From: Acidobacteriota bacterium
GTDB lineage: Bacteria; Acidobacteriota; UBA6911; JACQSX01
Assembly (NCBI GenBank): GCA_036507075.1
Contig: DASXQR010000080.1
Location: 1 to 11,828 of the forward strand
DNA: 11,828 nt
Direction of reading: 5' to 3'
Position numbers and translations under genes: made by a program. The notes under the pieces were generated by a model that was not told the origin of the DNA, made no database searches, and was given only the letters and a program-made list of their open reading frames with translations. This document shows, piece after piece, positions 7,345 through 11,828 of the stretch (the first letter of the stretch is position 1; each line of letters opens with the position of its first letter).

Positions 7345-8531
7345 TCTTAGACACTGAAAAAGGCCATTTTGAAATTTGGTTGAAAGCCTTGACTCTTACA
7401 GGCGGCTACGTGTTCTGCATCTACCTGGCGCACCGCCTGCTGATGTTGCGTATCTCTTCCCGCCCGCTGGGATGGATTATCAGTTTCGGCGCGGCGCAGG
7501 CGGTCATTATTCTGTTCATGCTGCTCCGCGTGTTGTTTCTCAAGGCGAGGCAGGGCATCCGCAATCGCAGGGCCGAGCGCATTCAGGCTCTGATTCGCGA
7601 ACGGATGGCTTCGCACGCAGCGGGTCTGAACAGGATTGAGCAACTCGTCGAGATGCGGCGGAAATATCCTCGTGAGACAGAACTCTGCATGATGGAGCTA
7701 ATCGCCACGGTTTCGGCGGAAGGACGCGACCGGCTGTCGCACCTCGCGGTCACCCTGGGGATGGTTTCAATCTGGAGAAAGCAGTGCCGCTCCCGCGATC
7801 TGAAAAAACACCGCCAGGCAATCGCCAGGCTGGCGCAACTCTCCGGCGGCGTGCCCGACGCTGCGCTGCTTTCATCGCTGGTCGATGCGGATTGTGCGAT
7901 CCGTTTGGAAGCGTCGCGCGGTCTGACACGAACGGGAGGAAAGCGCGAGCTCGAAAAAGTATTTTCATTTGCGCTTACGCAGGTCTTATTTGTGCGCGCT
8001 ATTCTGGCCCGCGACTTTCTGCCGCACAGCCTGGTACTTTGCGAGTCTGCTGTTCCTGAGGCCGTGGCCTCCGCCGATTCGAACAAGATTCTGGCCGCGC
8101 TGGAGATAGTGCAGTCATGGAAAACAGTCGTCCCGGTGCCGGGCTTTTCCCGCCTGCTGCGACACAGTGATCCGGAGGTGCGCGGGGCGGCGTTCCGTGT
8201 CCTTCCTTTTGTGACGAACGCCGGGAATGTCGAAGACGAGGTGCTGGATGCCCTGCACCACGCCGATCCCCGGGTACGGACGTCGGCCGCCTTTGCCGCC
8301 GGCAGGTTGGGCCTGCAATCAGCCGTTCCTTTGCTGGCTGCCTGTTTGCATGCAAGCGATGCCACGGTGACTTTGGCCGCCGCCCACGCTCTGGCGCGGA
8401 TCGACCCGGCCGGCACTTTGGTTCTTGAGAATGAAGTACTGCTGTCGCAGGGACCTTCGGCCGCAGTATCGCTGGAGGCGCTGGAGAAATCCAGGATCAC
8501 TCAGTCGGCCGAACAGGCGCCATCGTCATGA
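7341..8531 (+). CDS. Membrane-anchored HEAT-repeat protein
   Basis: Two N-terminal hydrophobic helices followed by HEAT-like units (DADCAIRLEASRGL, HSDPEVRGAAFRVL, HADPRVRTSAAFAAGRL, SDATVTLAAAHALARI). GTG at 7341 overlaps the apbE stop (GTGA); the ORF track start at 7317 is TTG. Confidence 0.85.
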   Translation: MILDTEKGHFEIWLKALTLTGGYVFCIYLAHRLLMLRISSRPLGWIISFGAAQAVIILFMLLRVLFLKARQGIRNRRAERIQALIRERMASHAAGLNRIEQLVEMRRKYPRETELCMMELIATVSAEGRDRLSHLAVTLGMVSIWRKQCRSRDLKKHRQAIARLAQLSGGVPDAALLSSLVDADCAIRLEASRGLTRTGGKRELEKVFSFALTQVLFVRAILARDFLPHSLVLCESAVPEAVASADSNKILAALEIVQSWKTVVPVPGFSRLLRHSDPEVRGAAFRVLPFVTNAGNVEDEVLDALHHADPRVRTSAAFAAGRLGLQSAVPLLAACLHASDATVTLAAAHALARIDPAGTLVLENEVLLSQGPSAAVSLEALEKSRITQSAEQAPSS

Positions 8532-9994
8532 TTGACTTTCCCTCGATATTCAACTGGCTTGAGTTTTTCATCATCTTTTACCTGGGCGCAATCAACACTG
8601 TCTACTTTGTTTTGATGGCGCTCGGTTACTTCGCCTTGCGCCGATCCGTCGCCCGCTACACGCTGGCGGAACGCCAAGGCCTGCTGCAATCTCCCCTTCT
8701 CCCGCAAGTATCGGTGCTTGCCGCTGCACATAACAAAGCGGCGACGATCCGCGCCAGCGTGCACGCGATGCTCAATCTGCACTATCCGAACCACGAAGTG
8801 ATAGTGATCAACGACGGCTCCACCGACAATACTTTAGAAATTCTGATCGAGGAGTTCCGGCTGTATCGATCTTCCCGCAGCCCGGCCGGCCTCATCGCGA
8901 CCAAGCCGATCCGCGGCATTTATCAGTCTCGTGATCCCATTCCGCTCGTGGTGGTGGACAAGGAGAACGGAGGGAAGGCCGATTCGCTCAATGCCGGACT
9001 GAACACGGCGCGTTCTCCCCTGATCGCGGCAGTGGATTCGGATTCACTGTTTGAAGAGTATGCGTTGCTTTATGCCGTCCGGCCCTTTCTGGACGACGTG
9101 GAAGGAACTCTGGCCGCGGGTGGCATCATCCGGGTGGCAAACGGGTGTGAGGTTCGCCGCGGTAAGGTCACGCGACTGAGGGCGCCGCGCGCGCTGCTGG
9201 CTCAGTTTCAGTTGGTCGAGTACTTGAAGGCGTTTCTCGGAAGGCGCGCGGCGTTCAGCTTCATGAACGCGCTGTTGGGGATTTCCGGCGCATTCGGTCT
9301 TTTTCGGAGAGATGCGCTCGTCATGGCCGGGGGATTTCTTACCGGGACGGTCGACGAGGACATGGAGCCTGTTATCCGGTTGCACCGGCTGTGGCGGGAA
9401 AGAAAACAGGCCTACCGTATTGTCTTCGTGCCCGATCCACTGTGTTGGACCCAAGTTCCCGAAACATTGACAGAACTGCGGGAGCAGCGAAACCGGTGGC
9501 AGCAGGGCGCGGTGGAAACTCTTTGGCGCCACAGAAAAATGCTTCTCAACCCGAAGTTTGGCGTGGTGGGACTGTTCGCGGTTCCCTACTTTGCGTTGTT
9601 TGAAGTATTCGGACCTTTGGTTGAACTGGCCGGCTATGTCGTCACCATTGTCGGTTTGTTTTTTCGCCTCATTGCTCCTCAGACGGCGTTGCTGTTTTTC
9701 GCCGTCTCGATACTGTTCGGCATCGGGCTCTCTGTCAGCGCCATTGCGCTTGAGCAGCTGGTCTTTTCACGTTACTCCAGCGCGCGGGACCTGTTGCGGT
9801 TGTTCGCTGCCGGCATTTTGGAGAACTTCGGTTTTCGACAGGTGCTCGACGCTTGGCGGTTGCAGGGTTTGATTGGCGGCATGCGCGGCAGGGAAGGCGG
9901 AAAAGCGGGAGAGCGGGAGAGTGGAAGAGCGGAGGAATGGGAGAGTGGGGGAGCGGGAGAGCGGGTGCTACCGACATCAGAGCCGCGCGCGTGA
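8528..9994 (+). CDS. Processive GT2 glycosyltransferase (PgaC/IcaA/cellulose synthase-like)
   Basis: One N-terminal and several C-terminal transmembrane segments; INDGSTD, NGGKADSLN, VDSD (DxD), ED and QRNRW (QxxRW). ATGA overlap with the HEAT gene stop. Confidence 0.92.
   Translation: MIDFPSIFNWLEFFIIFYLGAINTVYFVLMALGYFALRRSVARYTLAERQGLLQSPLLPQVSVLAAAHNKAATIRASVHAMLNLHYPNHEVIVINDGSTDNTLEILIEEFRLYRSSRSPAGLIATKPIRGIYQSRDPIPLVVVDKENGGKADSLNAGLNTARSPLIAAVDSDSLFEEYALLYAVRPFLDDVEGTLAAGGIIRVANGCEVRRGKVTRLRAPRALLAQFQLVEYLKAFLGRRAAFSFMNALLGISGAFGLFRRDALVMAGGFLTGTVDEDMEPVIRLHRLWRERKQAYRIVFVPDPLCWTQVPETLTELREQRNRWQQGAVETLWRHRKMLLNPKFGVVGLFAVPYFALFEVFGPLVELAGYVVTIVGLFFRLIAPQTALLFFAVSILFGIGLSVSAIALEQLVFSRYSSARDLLRLFAAGILENFGFRQVLDAWRLQGLIGGMRGREGGKAGERESGRAEEWESGGAGERVLPTSEPRA
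9897..9965 (+). repeat. Purine-rich octamer tandem array (gcgggaga) inside the GT2 3' end
   Basis: gcggaaaa gcgggaga gcgggaga gtggaaga gcggagga atgggaga gtggggga gcgggaga gcggg. Confidence 0.85.
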
Positions 9995-10002
9995 GCAAGC
10001 GG
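9977..10002 (+). repeat. REP-like unit
   Basis: tcagagccgcgcgcgtgagcaagc matches the reverse complement of 97-120 (tcagtaccgcgggcgtcagcccgc) at 18/24 and contains the GT2 stop codon. Confidence 0.55.
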
Positions 10003-10012
10003 ACCCCTCCAT

Positions 10013-10266
10013 AGTCATCAGTCATTGGTTATTAGTCATCGGTCATAATCCGTCGTTATTAGTCATCGGTCATTAGTCACCGACCATAGGGGTGGGTCAG
10101 TCGCTTGTGACTGCTGAGGAAGACGGATGTCCGATAATGCCCCCTTTTGAAAGTCACATCTTGCAAGTGTGTCAACGATGTTGTGAGGTTATTGTGTCAA
10201 CGATGTCGTAAGGTTGGACCCCAGTGACCGATGACTAATGACCAATGACCAATGACTAATGACCAC
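10013..10266. repeat. Inverted pair of heptamer arrays ([a/g]gtcat[c/t] / tgac[c/t]aa)
   Basis: 10013-10080 agtcatc agtcatt ggttatt agtcatc ggtcata...; 10225-10266 tgaccga tgactaa tgaccaa tgaccaa tgactaa tgaccac. Confidence 0.88.
10169..10221. mobile_element. Degenerate transposon end with two 21-bp direct repeats (IS481-like)
   Basis: gtgtcaacgatgttgtgaggt (10169-10189) and gtgtcaacgatgtcgtaaggt (10194-10214), period 25; inverted counterpart at 11697-11742. Family assignment is from recalled TGT-terminated ends, not a search. Confidence 0.55.
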
Positions 10267-11585
10267 TACTGTCCGGTTAAGGTTTTACGAAAATCTCTTA
10301 AGCTATTAACTAACATGAGTTTCGGTCCAAAAATGTTTGTTATCGATTTGAAATTCATCTCTCGATCGATCCATCCTCCAGCCGAAACGGAGGCTGCGGC
10401 TGATGAATACTGGACGGACGGTTTTTTCTCAGTTAGTCGATTTCATTCCTCGTCACGAATTTCGCCAATGTGTGAAGCGCTACGCGGGAAATCAGAGAGT
10501 CAGATATTTCTCTTGTTGGGATCAGTTCCTCTGTATGGCCTTTGCCCAGCTCACCTATCGCGAGAGTCTGCGCGATGTGGAGACTTGTCTGCGAGCCATG
10601 CACAGCAAGCTTTACCACGTTGGAATCAAGGGCAGAGTCTCGCGCAGCACTTTGGCCGACGCAAACGAACGTCGGGATTGGCGCATCTATGCCGACTTCG
10701 GCCGGGTACTGATTCAAATGGCTCGCAAGCTCTATGCCGACGAAGACTTGGCCAAAGAACTCACGCATTCCATTTACGCTCTGGACTGCACTGTCATTCA
10801 TCTTTGCCTGTCGATGTTTCCCTGGACTCATTTTCGGCAATCCCAGGGGGCCATCAAACTTCATACGCTGCTGGATGTGCGAACCAGCATTCCATCCTTT
10901 ATCCACGTTACTCCCGCCAAAGTTCACGAATTAAACATCCTCGATCAATTGATACCCGAACCGGGATCTCTTTACTTGATGGACCGAGCCTATTTGGACT
11001 TCGCCCGTCTCTACACACTGCATCAGAGTCTGGCATTCTTCATCGTGCGCGCCCGCAAGGACGTAAGCTTACAGCGGCTGTATTCTCATCAGGTGGACAA
11101 AACCACCGGGCTGCGAAGCGATCAATCGGTCCGCCTTACCAGCTTTTATCCCCTCAAGTACTATCCGGAGAAACTGCGTCGAGTTTCTTACTTCGACGCG
11201 GAGACCAACAAACGTCTCGTGTTTTTAACCAACAACTTTTTTCTTCCCGCTTTGAACGTCGCGAACTTTTACAGATGTCGCTGGCAAGTAGAGCTGTTCT
11301 TCAAATGGATCAAACAGCATCTGAGAATCAAAAAGTTCTTGGGCACATCCGAGAACGCAGTCAAAACTCAACTCTGGATCGCCGTCTCCATTTATGTGCT
11401 AGTCGCGATTGTCAAAAAGCAACTGAAATCAGACCTCAGTCTCTACACAATTTTGCAAATCTTGAGCGTGAGCATTTTCGAAAAAATCCCGCTCAATCAA
11501 ACACTTACGGAATCAGATTTCAAATTTGAGGAATCGACCCTTTGTAAACAATTCTCTCTATTCAACTTTTAACCGGACAGTAGTG
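10264..11585 (+). mobile_element. IS4-family insertion sequence
   Basis: Perfect terminal inverted repeats cactactgtccggttaa (10264-10280) and ttaaccggacagtagtg (11569-11585), extendable to 20 bp (10261/11588); one transposase gene; lower GC than the neighbouring genes. Confidence 0.92.
10403..11572 (+). CDS. IS4-family DDE transposase (DUF4372-type N-terminus)
   Basis: 389 aa; MNTGRTVFSQL start, QLTYRESLRD, ALDCT (D), MDRAY (D), YRCRWQVELFFKWIK (YREK with E). GGAGG precedes the ATG; the stop lies inside the right inverted repeat. Confidence 0.96.
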   Translation: MNTGRTVFSQLVDFIPRHEFRQCVKRYAGNQRVRYFSCWDQFLCMAFAQLTYRESLRDVETCLRAMHSKLYHVGIKGRVSRSTLADANERRDWRIYADFGRVLIQMARKLYADEDLAKELTHSIYALDCTVIHLCLSMFPWTHFRQSQGAIKLHTLLDVRTSIPSFIHVTPAKVHELNILDQLIPEPGSLYLMDRAYLDFARLYTLHQSLAFFIVRARKDVSLQRLYSHQVDKTTGLRSDQSVRLTSFYPLKYYPEKLRRVSYFDAETNKRLVFLTNNFFLPALNVANFYRCRWQVELFFKWIKQHLRIKKFLGTSENAVKTQLWIAVSIYVLVAIVKKQLKSDLSLYTILQILSVSIFEKIPLNQTLTESDFKFEESTLCKQFSLFNF

Positions 11586-11691
11586 GTCCGTTGTCCGTTG
11601 TCAGTAGTCCGTGGTCTGTTGTCCGTGGTTCTTGCATATTGAGGTCGAGAGTGACAACAGACCACGGACTACAACGGACAACTGACCACTG
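11586..11691. repeat. Inverted pair of heptamer arrays (gtccgt[t/g] / [a/c]acggac)
   Basis: Includes a perfect 20-bp inverted repeat gtagtccgtggtctgttgtc (11604-11623) / gacaacagaccacggactac (11653-11672). Confidence 0.88.
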
Positions 11692-11828
11692 TGAACACCT
11701 CAGGACATCGTTGACACTTTGACCTCACAACATCGTTGACACTTTTTTTGGTTTTTAACAACAAAGAAATGAAGACCGTACCAGTAGTAGGGCCTGTGGG
11801 AAAGTGGGAAGGCGCGTTTTTTGCGGCT
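11690..11828. mobile_element. Terminus of an IS481-like element or MITE running off the window
   Basis: Starts TGT (11690), then acctcaggacatcgttgacac (11697-11717) and acctcacaacatcgttgacac (11722-11742), period 25. No transposase is visible within the window. Confidence 0.55.

Noticed and set aside
7583..8500. 305-aa minus-strand ORF
   Set aside because: Ser/Ala/Arg-rich antisense shadow of the HEAT-repeat gene.
10169..10214. CRISPR mini-array from the 21-bp direct repeats (also 11697-11742)
   Set aside because: Only two units separated by 4 nt, no spacers of CRISPR length and no cas genes; better explained as transposon-end binding sites.

Overview
This is a GC-rich bacterial window; the gene content and intergenic repeat types suggest Acidobacteria, but that is inference only. 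The minus strand carries a Sec-exported FGE/SUMF1-domain protein, a Tat-exported Gfo/Idh/MocA oxidoreductase, a GAF-GAF-GGDEF diguanylate cyclase and a GH-A-like TIM-barrel protein. Divergently on the plus strand lie three translationally coupled genes (apbE flavin transferase, a membrane-anchored HEAT-repeat protein, a processive GT2 glycosyltransferase) followed by an intact IS4-family element. Almost every larger intergenic gap holds short 7-9 nt tandem arrays (often as inverted pairs), REP-like hairpins, a MITE-like element or IS481-like end repeats. The best lead is a flavinylation-like motif (DAVTRPT) in the FGE-domain protein next to apbE, suggesting an extracytoplasmic flavinylated redox module with the Tat oxidoreductase. 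Other leads are a stop-free second reading frame across the IS4 transposase, a nested inverted-repeat architecture around the IS, and a possible c-di-GMP-linked HEAT/GT2 polysaccharide module whose synthase appears to be eroding. No rRNA, tRNA or CRISPR array was seen.
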